Below, in pieces: positions 26,583-35,358 of a stretch of DNA of 52,740 bases. The position numbers were made by a program, and so were the translations under genes. A model generated the notes under the pieces. That model was not told the DNA's origin, searched no databases, and worked only from the letters and a program-made list of their open reading frames with translations. The stretch spans positions 18,965-71,704 of the forward strand of contig JAHEXX010000001.1 of the NCBI GenBank assembly GCA_023251895.1. Reading direction: 5' to 3'. The first letter of the stretch is position 1. Every line of letters starts with the position of its first letter. Origin of the DNA: a bacterium. Lineage in GTDB: Bacteria > Actinomycetota > UBA4738 > HRBIN12.

Positions 26583-28223
26583 CTAGTTCGGGATCGTGAA
26601 TATGTCCGTGTCCCCGAGCGGCGATCCGGGGCTGTTCCGGCCGTCGGTCCACACCGGGTAGGAAACGCCGGGCCCAACGGCGAGCCCGTTGTAGTCGCCG
26701 AAGAACGCCCCCGAGGTGAAGAACGAGTTGTTCGGGTCCCAGGAAGCCGTGCTCAGGTTGCGGAAGCCGGTGAAGTCGGTCGTGTCGGCCGTGCTCACCC
26801 CGAACGTCTCGATCAGCTGGTTGCCCGAGTCGTTGCGGTTGTCGAACCAGATGATGTTGGTGACGCCGTTCGGTGCCGCCGCGATCCACGGGAAGAACTG
26901 ATCCTGTGGTGCGGGGTTGCCGCTCCCGTCGACGCTGACGGGCCGCAGATCGCTCCAGGTACCTCCGTAGTCGAACGACTCGGCGTAGGAGATGTCGGCC
27001 CCAGAGGTCGCGCTGTTGACGTTGTTCATGACGACGTACTCGAGCGCGCCGGTCTTCGGGTTGAACGCCATCGATGGCGAGAGCGGGATCCGGGCGATCT
27101 TGGGCGCCAGGACGTCCCCGAGGTCCGGGTTGTCCTTCCACTGGTGCTCGTGGTCGATCCTGCGCACTCCGCTCCGATCTCCGTTCGGCAGCACCCGCCT
27201 GAACAGCAGTTGGCGGTCCAGGGCGGTGTTGCAGTCCTCCGACGAGAAGGACACATCCAGCCCGCCCTGGTTGTCGACGACCGGCATGGCGTCCTGGTTG
27301 GCCGAGCGGCCGACCCCGTTGTCGCCCGGGTTGTCCGGCATGAGGGAGCGGTTCGTCCACAGCGTGTCGCGTAGGTCGCCGTTCTTGTCCGGGTCCACGT
27401 TGTCCGTGTACGCGAACTGCGCCGGGCAGTAGTCGCTGAACCCGGTCGGCTGGAGATGGAACTTCACGTAGGTGATCCACAGCCGGCCGTAGTGCGGACT
27501 GCTCGGGTTGTTGTCCACCGCGAGCAGCTCCTTGTCGTAGAACACCGAGCCGTTGATCACCAGGTTGCCGCCGGCGTCGAACGAGACGTTCGAGATCACC
27601 TGCGAGCTGTACCTGGCCCCCGTCCACGTGTTGCCGCCGTCCTTCGAACCGAAGACGGCCACCGCCGATTCGGGATGGATGCGGAAGAAGCAGAGCTGCG
27701 ACGCGTAGAAGGCGCGGTCCCTGGCGCTGTACACCACCGAGGGGTCGCCGCCGGTGCAGAAGTCACCGGTCTGCGCAAGCCTGGAGGCGAGGAACTGGCT
27801 GGACCACGTCTTCCCACCGTCGTGGGTCGTGCCGATCCACAGGCCTCCGTTTATGTAGTCGTTCGACGCCGCGACGGCCGTGAGCGGATCGCGCGTGCTG
27901 ACCGCCACCGACGTCTCGTCCTGCGGCAGTTTCGGGAACGTGTCCGTGTTTGCCTGGACGTTCACGAGCCCGCTGGGGGAGGCGAACGAGCGACTGCTCA
28001 GTCTCCGCGTGACGCGAAGATTGGCGGCCTGCGCGCGGATCACCGCCGGCGCGAGCGAGATCCTCACGGTCCCCGAGAGGCCTCCTCGGTAGTTGCGCAC
28101 GTGCCGGACCCATCTCGGGGGCATGGGCTTCCGGCTCGCCTTGACCGAAGCGTCGGCCGCCACGCTCGAGGCCACGAAGGCCAGCAGCGAGACGGCCAGG
28201 AGAGTACGCATGAGTCTGCGCAC
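26583..28223 (-). CDS. Secreted BNR/Asp-box repeat protein (sialidase-fold glycosidase-like)
   Basis: Three Asp-boxes (THDGGKTWS, SKDGGNTWT, SFDYGGTWS) and signal peptide MRTLLAVSLLAFVASSVAADA. The GTG at 28223 has GGAGG 8 nt upstream; ATG 28211 is the alternative. The 882-aa ORF in the track is an artefactual extension. Confidence 0.8.
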   Translation of the reverse strand: MRRLMRTLLAVSLLAFVASSVAADASVKASRKPMPPRWVRHVRNYRGGLSGTVRISLAPAVIRAQAANLRVTRRLSSRSFASPSGLVNVQANTDTFPKLPQDETSVAVSTRDPLTAVAASNDYINGGLWIGTTHDGGKTWSSQFLASRLAQTGDFCTGGDPSVVYSARDRAFYASQLCFFRIHPESAVAVFGSKDGGNTWTGARYSSQVISNVSFDAGGNLVINGSVFYDKELLAVDNNPSSPHYGRLWITYVKFHLQPTGFSDYCPAQFAYTDNVDPDKNGDLRDTLWTNRSLMPDNPGDNGVGRSANQDAMPVVDNQGGLDVSFSSEDCNTALDRQLLFRRVLPNGDRSGVRRIDHEHQWKDNPDLGDVLAPKIARIPLSPSMAFNPKTGALEYVVMNNVNSATSGADISYAESFDYGGTWSDLRPVSVDGSGNPAPQDQFFPWIAAAPNGVTNIIWFDNRNDSGNQLIETFGVSTADTTDFTGFRNLSTASWDPNNSFFTSGAFFGDYNGLAVGPGVSYPVWTDGRNSPGSPLGDTDIFTIPN

Positions 28224-28514
28224 GGGGGTCCCCTCCTTTCTCGGCGGAACGCCGATATGCAGGGTGCTACTTATGCACAGGGTGGCCTCGGGATGCAACT
28301 CGGAACCGACCGTGCAACGGAAACCGTCGACGAATCGCGGAACGACCGACGCGAAGGTGCAAGAATGCGGCGTGCCCTTGCAGTCGGTTTGCACGTTGCT
28401 CCGAGTTGGCGATAGCGTCACGCGCAGATTCCGTCCCCCAACGATCGTGGAGGTGGGCGCCGTGCAGGCGACGATCGGGAATCGGCCGCGTGTTCGCTTC
28501 GGATCCGGTCCGAC

Positions 28515-29312
28515 GTGATGGCGACGACGCGACGACGCATCCCCTTTGTTGCCGGTGCCCTTATCGCAGCGCTCGCGCTGACGACCTGCGCCGGGGCGGC
28601 CGCGAGCCCCTCTCATCCACCGGTCCAACGGGAGCTGGGAGACGCCGTCCTTGCGCGTCCGGCCGCGGAGATGACCTCTCGGCTCCAATTGCCGATCCCT
28701 CGGCCGATCTTGCTCCCGAACACCACCTATGCGGTGTTGCCCCAAGGGCGGTACCTGCCGATCTTCGACAAGCCGTCGGGGAGGCCGCAGGGAGGATTCG
28801 ATCCGGTGAACCCCTGGCGCCAGGCGGCGCCGTTCCTCGTGACCGACACGCGGAGGGACCAAGGTGGCCGAGCCTGGCTTCGGGTGCTGGTACCCGCGAG
28901 GCGGAACGGCACGACGGCGTGGGTCCCGATGGACCGGGTGAAGCTGGTCCGAGAGCGGGAGCGCATCGTGGTCGACCTCTCCGAGCGGACGCTGTGGCAT
29001 TTCCGCGGCGGCGTCGTGGCGCAGCGGTTCTCGGTGGGCATCGGGGCGCCGGGCACGCCGACGCCGATCGGCACGTTCTACGTGTGGGCCCACGTCCCGC
29101 AGCGCACCCCGTTCGGCCCATACGGGAGCTTCGTCCTGGGGCTGTCGGGGTGGTCCGAGACGGTCGCGAACGGCCGGATGGCCATCCACGGGACGGCGGA
29201 CCCAACGGACCGGGGTCACGGGGTCTCGCACGGGTGTATCCGCGTGTACAACCCGCAGATGCTGCTGCTGCGCCGCGTGCCGCTCGGCACCCCGGTCACC
29301 ATCAGGCCCTGA
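28515..29312 (+). CDS. L,D-transpeptidase (YkuD domain) lipoprotein
   Basis: Catalytic motif HGTADPTDRGHGVSHGCIRV and lipobox LALTTC. Confidence 0.85.
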   Translation: MMATTRRRIPFVAGALIAALALTTCAGAAASPSHPPVQRELGDAVLARPAAEMTSRLQLPIPRPILLPNTTYAVLPQGRYLPIFDKPSGRPQGGFDPVNPWRQAAPFLVTDTRRDQGGRAWLRVLVPARRNGTTAWVPMDRVKLVRERERIVVDLSERTLWHFRGGVVAQRFSVGIGAPGTPTPIGTFYVWAHVPQRTPFGPYGSFVLGLSGWSETVANGRMAIHGTADPTDRGHGVSHGCIRVYNPQMLLLRRVPLGTPVTIRP

Positions 29313-29353
29313 CGGGCCGAACCGTTGTCGGGGCCTGAGGGTACAGTGGCCTG

Positions 29354-32300
29354 GTGCTCGAGTCGTTCCATCCAGCGGTCCGGGCCTGGTTCCGGCGCCG
29401 GTTCCCGGAGGGCCCGACCGCGCCGCAAGAGGGCGGGTGGGGGCAGGTCGCGGCCGGCCGCGACACCCTCATCTCCGCTCCCACAGGGTCCGGCAAGACC
29501 CTGGCCGGGTTCCTGGTGGGCATCGACCGTCTGTACCGGGCATTCGAGGGGGGCGGGGATCTTTCCGCCGGACCCCAGGTGGTCTACGTCTCGCCGCTGA
29601 AAGCGCTCGCGACCGACATCCACCAGAACCTCGACTCGCCGCTTCGGGAGATCCGGGCCGTGGCCGAGGAGTTGGGCCTTGCGGCGCCGGAGCTTCGGGT
29701 GAACGTCCGAACCGGAGACACCACGGCCTCGGACCGGGTGGCGATGCTGAAGCGCCCGCCCAACTTCCTGATCACGACCCCGGAGTCGCTGTACCTGATG
29801 GTCACGGCGGAGCGGAGCCGGGCCATGCTGGGACGGGTCGAGACCGTGATCGTCGACGAGATCCACGCTGTGGCCGGGAACAAGCGGGGCTCGCATCTCG
29901 CGCTGACCCTGGAACGACTGGCCCACCTGATGGAGCGGCCGCCGCAGCGGATCGGCCTGTCCGCCACGCAGCGGCCCATCGAGACGGTGGCCCGCTTGCT
30001 GGTCGGGGCGGGGCCCGACCGGAACGAGCCGGACGGCTCGCCGCGGTGCGCGGTGGTCGACGCGGGGCACCGCCGGGATCTCGATCTGTCGCTGGAGCTC
30101 CCCGAGGGCGAGCTGGAGGCCGTGATCTCCGCGGAGCAGATGGGTGAGATCCTCGACCGCATCGCGAAGCAGGTGCTGGAGCACCAGACCACCCTGGTGT
30201 TCGTGAACACGCGGCGGCAGGCCGAGCGGTTCGCCCACCAGTTGGGGGAGCGGATCGGCGAGGACCAGGTCGCCGCCCACCACGGGAGCCTGTCGAAGGA
30301 ACGCCGCCTGCGCGTGGAGACCAGGCTCCGAGCCGGCGACCTTCGGGCGCTGGTGGCCACGGCCTCGCTGGAGCTCGGCATCGACATCGGGCCCGTGGAG
30401 CTGGTGTGCCAGATCGGCTCGCCCCGCAGCTTCGCGACGTTCCTGCAGCGCGTTGGACGGTCCAACCACTCGCGGGCCGGCACGCCGAAGGGCCGGCTGT
30501 ATCCGACCAGCCGGGACGAGCTGGTCGAGTGCGCGGCGCTGCTCCGCGGGGTGCGGGCCGGACGCCTGGATGCGATCCATCCGCCGGTGGCGCCGCTGGA
30601 CATCTTGGCCCAGCAGATCGTCGCCGAGTGCGCCGCGGAGGAGTGGGTGGAACACGACCTGTTCGAGCTCGTCCGGCGGGCCGCGCCGTTCGAGGGCCTC
30701 TCTCGAGAGGACTTCGACGACGTCGTGGAACTGATGAGCGAGGGCATCCAGACCGGTCGGGGGCGCCGCGCCGCCTACCTCCACCGCGACCGGGTGAACG
30801 GACGCCTCCGGGGGCGGCGCGGCGCCCGCACCGCGGCCATCACCTCCGGCGGGGCCATCCCCGAGCTCGGCGACTACCGGGTGGTGGCCGACCCCGACGA
30901 CACGTTCGTGGGAACGGTGAACGAGGACTGGGCCATCGAGTCGATGGCCGGCGACATCTTCCTGCTGGGAACGACCTCCTGGCGGATCCGCCGGGTCGAG
31001 CCCGGGGTGGTCCGGGTGGTCGACGCGGCGGGCCAGCCTCCATCAGTCCCGTTCTGGCTGGGGGAGGCCCCGGCCCGCACCGCGGAGCTGTCCGAGGAGG
31101 TGTCGGCGGTGCGTGCCTCCGTCGAGGGGTTCCAGCGGCGGGGCGATCCCGCCGGGGCTCGCCAGTGGGTGCAGGCCGAATGCGGCCTGGACGTGGTCGC
31201 CGCCCAGGCAGTCGTGGAGTACCTGGGGGCCGGGTTCGCGGCGCTGGGTGCGCTGCCCACCGCGGAGCGGCTGATCATAGAGCGGTTCTTCGACGAGAGC
31301 GGCGGCATGCAGCTCGTGGTCCACGCGCCGCTCGGCGGCCGCGTCAACCGGGCGTTCGGCCTCGCCCTTCGCAAGCGGTTCTGCGTGAACTTCGACTTCG
31401 AGCTCCAGGCCGCGGCGAGCGACGACGCGGTGTTGCTGTCGCTCGGGCCCCAACACAGCTTCCCGCTTGAGCGGGTCCCGAAGTTCCTCGGGTCCAAGAC
31501 GGTCGAGGAGGTCGTGCGCCAGGCGGTGCTGGTGTCCCCGATGTTCGCGGCCAGGTGGCGATGGAACCTGAATCGCTCGCTCGCCGTGCTCCGGTTCCGG
31601 AACGGGAGGCGGAACCCGCCGCCGATCCAGCGGATGGAGTCCGACGACGTGATGGCGGCGGTGTTCCCCCGGTTGGTGAACTGCCAGGAGAACGTGACCG
31701 GGCCGGTCGAGGTCCCCCAGCACCCGCTCGTCCGCCAGACCATGCACGACTGCCTGCACGAGGCCATGGACGTCGACGCTCTGCGCGAGGTGGTGCGCGG
31801 CATCGAGACCGGGCGGATCGAGGTGCTGACGCGCGACACGACCGAGCCGTCGGTCCTGACCCACGAGATCCTGAACGGGCGGCCGTACACGTTCCTGGAC
31901 GACGCGCCGCTCGAGGAACGCCGCAGCAGGGCGGTCCAACTCCGCCGGGGTCTGCCGGTGGAGGCCCGGGAGCTCGGCCGGCTGGACCCCGAGGCGATCG
32001 AGCGGGTGGCGAGCGAGGTTCGGCCGGAACCGCGCGACGCCGACGAGCTCCACGACCTACTGCTGACCCTGATGGCGTGCCATCCCACCGAGGAGTGGCG
32101 GACCATGTTCGACGAACTCGTGGAGTCTCGGCGGGCGACGAGCCTCCTGACCGGCGGGGGGGAGCTGTGGTGCTCGGTTGAGAAGCGGCCGGCGCTCGAG
32201 CTGCTGTTCCCCGACCCGGCGTTCGATCCCGACCTGCCCCCGCCCGCCGGCGTTGCCGTGGAACCCGACCCGGCCGCGGCCGCGGCCGCAATGTTGCGTG

Positions 32301-33589
32301 GACACCTCGAGTTCCGGGGGCCCTCCACTGCGGCCGACCTCGCGGCCGCGACCGCGCTGCCCGAGTCGACCGTCGCCGGGGCGCTCGTCGCCCTGGAGGC
32401 AGAGGGGTTCGCGTTCCGGGGCCGCTTCACCGACCCCGACGGGCCGGAGCAGTTCTGCGCGCGCCGCCTGCTCACGAGGATCCACGTGTACACCCAGCAG
32501 CGTCTTCGCAGGGAGATCGAGCCGGTCACTGCGCAGGATCTCATGCGGTTCCTGCTGCGGTGGCAGCACGTGGCCCCCGGCACGCAGCTCCAGGGCCGGC
32601 TCGGCGTCCTGGCCGCGGTCGATCAGCTGCAGGGGTTCGAGATCGCCGCCGGGTCGTGGGAGGACCGGGCCCTCCGGGGCCGGGTCGAGGCTTACCGGCC
32701 CGAGTGGCTCGACGACCTGTGTCTGTCGGGAGACGTCACGTGGGGGCGGCTCTCGGCACGGCGCGACGACGGCGAGGAGCCGAAGCGGAGCGGCGTCACG
32801 CCCTCGCGCAGCACGCCCATCGCGCTCGCGATCCGCGACGACCTGCCGTGGCTGCTCCAGGTTGCCCGTGGCCACGACCGGCCGGCCGAGCCGCCTCCGG
32901 GTCGGACGGCGGATGTGCTCCAGGCCCTCCGCGACGCCGGCGCGCTGTTCCAGGGCGACATCACCGCCGTGACCGGCCGGCTGCCGAGTGAGGTCGAGGA
33001 GGCGCTGTGGGACGGCGTGGCCCGCGGCCTGGTCACCGCCGACGGGTTCCAGGCGGTGCGGTCGCTGCTGTTCCGGCGGAACGGCGCCGCCCCGCCGGGC
33101 CGAGGGCAACGACGGCTCCGGCGAGGTGCGGCTCCCCGCCAGCGGGCCGCGGGTCGGTGGGCCCTCCTCCCGGGCGCGGCCGAGGTGCACGACCCCGACG
33201 GCCTGGCGGAGGCCGCGGCCGAGCAGCTCCTGGCTCGGTGGGGGGTCGTGTTCCGGGACGTCCTGGCCCGCGAGACCCTCGCCCTGCCGTGGCGGGAGAT
33301 CCTGTGGGCCTTCCGCCGCCTGGAGGCCCGTGGCACGATCCGGGGCGGCCGGTTCGTGAGTGGGTTCGCGGGCGAGCAATACGCGCTGCCCGAGGCGGTC
33401 GATGCCCTCCGCCGGGTCCGCAGGCAGGAGCGGGCCGGCGAGGTGATCCGGGTGTCCGCGGTGGACCCGCTGAACCTCGTCGGGATCGTGACGCCGGGGC
33501 CGAGGGTGCCGGCCGTGCGCACGAACTCGGTGATCCTGGTCGACGGCCTGCCGCAGGCCCCCGAGGACGCCGCCCTCCGCCGGGCATAG
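29354..33589 (+). CDS. lhr: ATP-dependent helicase Lhr (large DEAD/DEAH-box helicase-related)
   Basis: 1411 aa. FHPAVRAWF N-terminus, motif I APTGSGKT, motif II VDEIH, helicase C domain, and a long C-terminal Lhr-type extension. Confidence 0.9.
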   Translation: MLESFHPAVRAWFRRRFPEGPTAPQEGGWGQVAAGRDTLISAPTGSGKTLAGFLVGIDRLYRAFEGGGDLSAGPQVVYVSPLKALATDIHQNLDSPLREIRAVAEELGLAAPELRVNVRTGDTTASDRVAMLKRPPNFLITTPESLYLMVTAERSRAMLGRVETVIVDEIHAVAGNKRGSHLALTLERLAHLMERPPQRIGLSATQRPIETVARLLVGAGPDRNEPDGSPRCAVVDAGHRRDLDLSLELPEGELEAVISAEQMGEILDRIAKQVLEHQTTLVFVNTRRQAERFAHQLGERIGEDQVAAHHGSLSKERRLRVETRLRAGDLRALVATASLELGIDIGPVELVCQIGSPRSFATFLQRVGRSNHSRAGTPKGRLYPTSRDELVECAALLRGVRAGRLDAIHPPVAPLDILAQQIVAECAAEEWVEHDLFELVRRAAPFEGLSREDFDDVVELMSEGIQTGRGRRAAYLHRDRVNGRLRGRRGARTAAITSGGAIPELGDYRVVADPDDTFVGTVNEDWAIESMAGDIFLLGTTSWRIRRVEPGVVRVVDAAGQPPSVPFWLGEAPARTAELSEEVSAVRASVEGFQRRGDPAGARQWVQAECGLDVVAAQAVVEYLGAGFAALGALPTAERLIIERFFDESGGMQLVVHAPLGGRVNRAFGLALRKRFCVNFDFELQAAASDDAVLLSLGPQHSFPLERVPKFLGSKTVEEVVRQAVLVSPMFAARWRWNLNRSLAVLRFRNGRRNPPPIQRMESDDVMAAVFPRLVNCQENVTGPVEVPQHPLVRQTMHDCLHEAMDVDALREVVRGIETGRIEVLTRDTTEPSVLTHEILNGRPYTFLDDAPLEERRSRAVQLRRGLPVEARELGRLDPEAIERVASEVRPEPRDADELHDLLLTLMACHPTEEWRTMFDELVESRRATSLLTGGGELWCSVEKRPALELLFPDPAFDPDLPPPAGVAVEPDPAAAAAAMLRGHLEFRGPSTAADLAAATALPESTVAGALVALEAEGFAFRGRFTDPDGPEQFCARRLLTRIHVYTQQRLRREIEPVTAQDLMRFLLRWQHVAPGTQLQGRLGVLAAVDQLQGFEIAAGSWEDRALRGRVEAYRPEWLDDLCLSGDVTWGRLSARRDDGEEPKRSGVTPSRSTPIALAIRDDLPWLLQVARGHDRPAEPPPGRTADVLQALRDAGALFQGDITAVTGRLPSEVEEALWDGVARGLVTADGFQAVRSLLFRRNGAAPPGRGQRRLRRGAAPRQRAAGRWALLPGAAEVHDPDGLAEAAAEQLLARWGVVFRDVLARETLALPWREILWAFRRLEARGTIRGGRFVSGFAGEQYALPEAVDALRRVRRQERAGEVIRVSAVDPLNLVGIVTPGPRVPAVRTNSVILVDGLPQAPEDAALRRA

Positions 33590-33607
33590 CCGGTACTCCC
33601 GCGCGGG

Positions 33608-33653
33608 TAGGTCTTTCGGCGGATGGCCTTTCGGGCGGACCCCTGGATAGGCT
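33608..33653 (+). promoter_or_regulatory. Conserved upstream element, copy A: TAGGTCTTTCGGCGGATGGCCTTTCGGGCGGA ... TAGGCT (-10-like, 33648-33653)
   Basis: Near-identical to 35256-35300. Contains two CTTTCGG(G)CGG(A) direct repeats 15 nt apart, overlapping the expected -35 position. Confidence 0.45.
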
Positions 33654-33708
33654 GAGCGGTGCTTGACCCGCCGGGGCCCCAAGCCCCACGGCCGGAGGGG
33701 AGAACGTC

Positions 33709-35238
33709 ATGCGCATCCACCGTGGATCCCGGCGCGGGATCGTTGCTGTGGCGCTCATGCTCCTGCTCGCGGTGGTGCCCTCCATGTCGGCGCAGGCCGC
33801 TCCGCTCTTCACGGACGGATTCGAATCCGGCCTGGTTCCCCCGTGGACGGCCAAGGGGCACTTCATCCGCCAGCAGGCCATCGCGCACTCGGGCTCGTGG
33901 GCCGGGCGGGCCACCGGAGCGTCCGCCTACGCGTACAAGTCGCTGCCCACCCCCCAGGCGAACGTGTACTTCGATGCCTGGGTGCGGGTGGTGTCCAACC
34001 CCGGGGGCGTTCCGGTCCTGCGGTTCCTCACCGGCGTCGGCACGAACATCGCCTCGGTCAACGTGAACTCCGCCGGCGCCCTGGTCCGCAAGATCGTTCC
34101 GACCGGCCAGGACAAGACCAGCGCGACCGGCGTCTCCAAGAACGCGTGGCACGAGCTGCAGCTACACGCCCTGATCGAGGGGACCTCCAGCGTGTACGAG
34201 GTGTGGCTGGACGGGAGGAAGGTGAACGACATCTCCGGGACCGTCTCGCTGGGGACCACGAAGGTGAGGCGGGTGCAGCTGGGGACCCAAGGCGGCACCG
34301 CGGCCTACGATGTCCTCTTCGACGACGTCACGGCCGACACCTCGTTCATCGGCGGAGCGATCGGTCCCAGCAAGGTGATCATGGCCGCCGGCGATATCGC
34401 TTGCGATCCGACCGACGTGGGCTGGAACGGCGGGAACGGAACCAGCGCACGCTGCCACATGAAGCAGACCGCCGCCCTGCTCTCGGCGGCCGACCGCGTG
34501 CTGGCCATGGGGGACACCCAGTACGAGTGCGGCGGCGCCGCGGCGTACGCCCAGAGCTACGATCCGACGTGGGGGCAGTACAAGAACATCACGTATCCCG
34601 CCATCGGCGACCAGGAGTACGGGCTGACCGGCACCGACTGCGGCGCGGCCGGAGCCGACGGCTACTTCGGGTACTTCGGCCCCCGGGCCGGCGATCCGGC
34701 CAAGGGCTATTACAGTTTCGACTTCGGGGGCTGGCATTTCGTGGTCCTCAACGCCATCTGCGGCGCGGGGCCCCAGATCGGGTGCGCTCAGGGGACGCCC
34801 CAGAACACCTGGCTGGAGCGGGACCTCGCGGCCAACCGGTCGGCGTGCACGCTGGCCGTGCTGCACAAGCCCCTGTTCGCCTCCAAGAGGATCGGGATCC
34901 AAGTGGCTGTGACCCTGAAACCGTTCTGGGACGACCTGTACGCCGCCCACGCCGACATCATCCTGGACGGAAACTCCCACTTCTACGAGCGCTTCGCCAA
35001 GCAGAACCCTGGGGGAAGCGCAGTCGCCAATGGCATGGTGGAGTTCATCGTCGGCACGGGTGGCAAGAGCCACGGCGGCCTGGCCGACCCCGGGCTCCGG
35101 CTGCCGAACAGCCAGACGGCCACCTCCAGCACCTTCGGCGTGCTGAAGCTGACGCTGCACCCGAGCAGTTACGACTGGGAGTACGTGGTCCAGGGCACCT
35201 CCACGTTCAGCGACTCCGGCACCGCGAACTGCGTCTGA
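33709..35238 (+). CDS. Secreted LamG/concanavalin-like domain plus calcineurin-like metallophosphoesterase
   Basis: Signal peptide ending SAQA. Metallophosphoesterase motifs AAGDIACD, AMGDTQYE, GDQEY, VLHKPLF and GNSHFYER. It is a paralogue of the next gene. Confidence 0.8.
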   Translation: MRIHRGSRRGIVAVALMLLLAVVPSMSAQAAPLFTDGFESGLVPPWTAKGHFIRQQAIAHSGSWAGRATGASAYAYKSLPTPQANVYFDAWVRVVSNPGGVPVLRFLTGVGTNIASVNVNSAGALVRKIVPTGQDKTSATGVSKNAWHELQLHALIEGTSSVYEVWLDGRKVNDISGTVSLGTTKVRRVQLGTQGGTAAYDVLFDDVTADTSFIGGAIGPSKVIMAAGDIACDPTDVGWNGGNGTSARCHMKQTAALLSAADRVLAMGDTQYECGGAAAYAQSYDPTWGQYKNITYPAIGDQEYGLTGTDCGAAGADGYFGYFGPRAGDPAKGYYSFDFGGWHFVVLNAICGAGPQIGCAQGTPQNTWLERDLAANRSACTLAVLHKPLFASKRIGIQVAVTLKPFWDDLYAAHADIILDGNSHFYERFAKQNPGGSAVANGMVEFIVGTGGKSHGGLADPGLRLPNSQTATSSTFGVLKLTLHPSSYDWEYVVQGTSTFSDSGTANCV

Positions 35239-35255
35239 TCGTGGAGAGGGGCGTC

Positions 35256-35300
35256 TAGGTCTTTCGGCGGGTGGCCTTTCGGCGGAACTCCGGGTAGGCT
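35256..35300 (+). promoter_or_regulatory. Conserved upstream element, copy B (TAGGCT at 35295-35300)
   Basis: TAGGTCTTTCGGCGGGTGGCCTTTCGGCGGA ... GGGTAGGCT. See copy A. Confidence 0.45.
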
Positions 35301-35358
35301 GTCGCCGCGTTACCCACGGGGCCACAGGCCCCCCAACGGGCCCGGAGGGGGAACTTCG

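Noticed and set aside
26388-27374. 328-aa plus-strand ORF, and its twin at 1056-1514, both beginning MVREGGFEPPRPFGH.
   Set aside because: The shared N-terminus is simply the translated complement of the tRNA-Leu 3' half. The remainder is antisense to the BNR gene or lies in non-coding DNA. It was useful only as a pointer to the 88-bp repeat.
28224-29231. N-terminal 336-340 aa of the 882-aa minus-strand ORF (26583-29231).
   Set aside because: The extension is Arg/Pro-rich, overlaps the L,D-transpeptidase gene antisense, and has no SD. A GGAGG-preceded GTG/ATG (28223/28211) followed by a signal peptide marks the real start.
29216-33682. Series of long ORFs (522, 387, 569, 336, 541 aa and others) overlapping the Lhr gene on the opposite strand or in other frames.
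   Set aside because: They are shadow ORFs of a 1411-aa gene whose helicase motifs are unambiguous. None has independent motifs.
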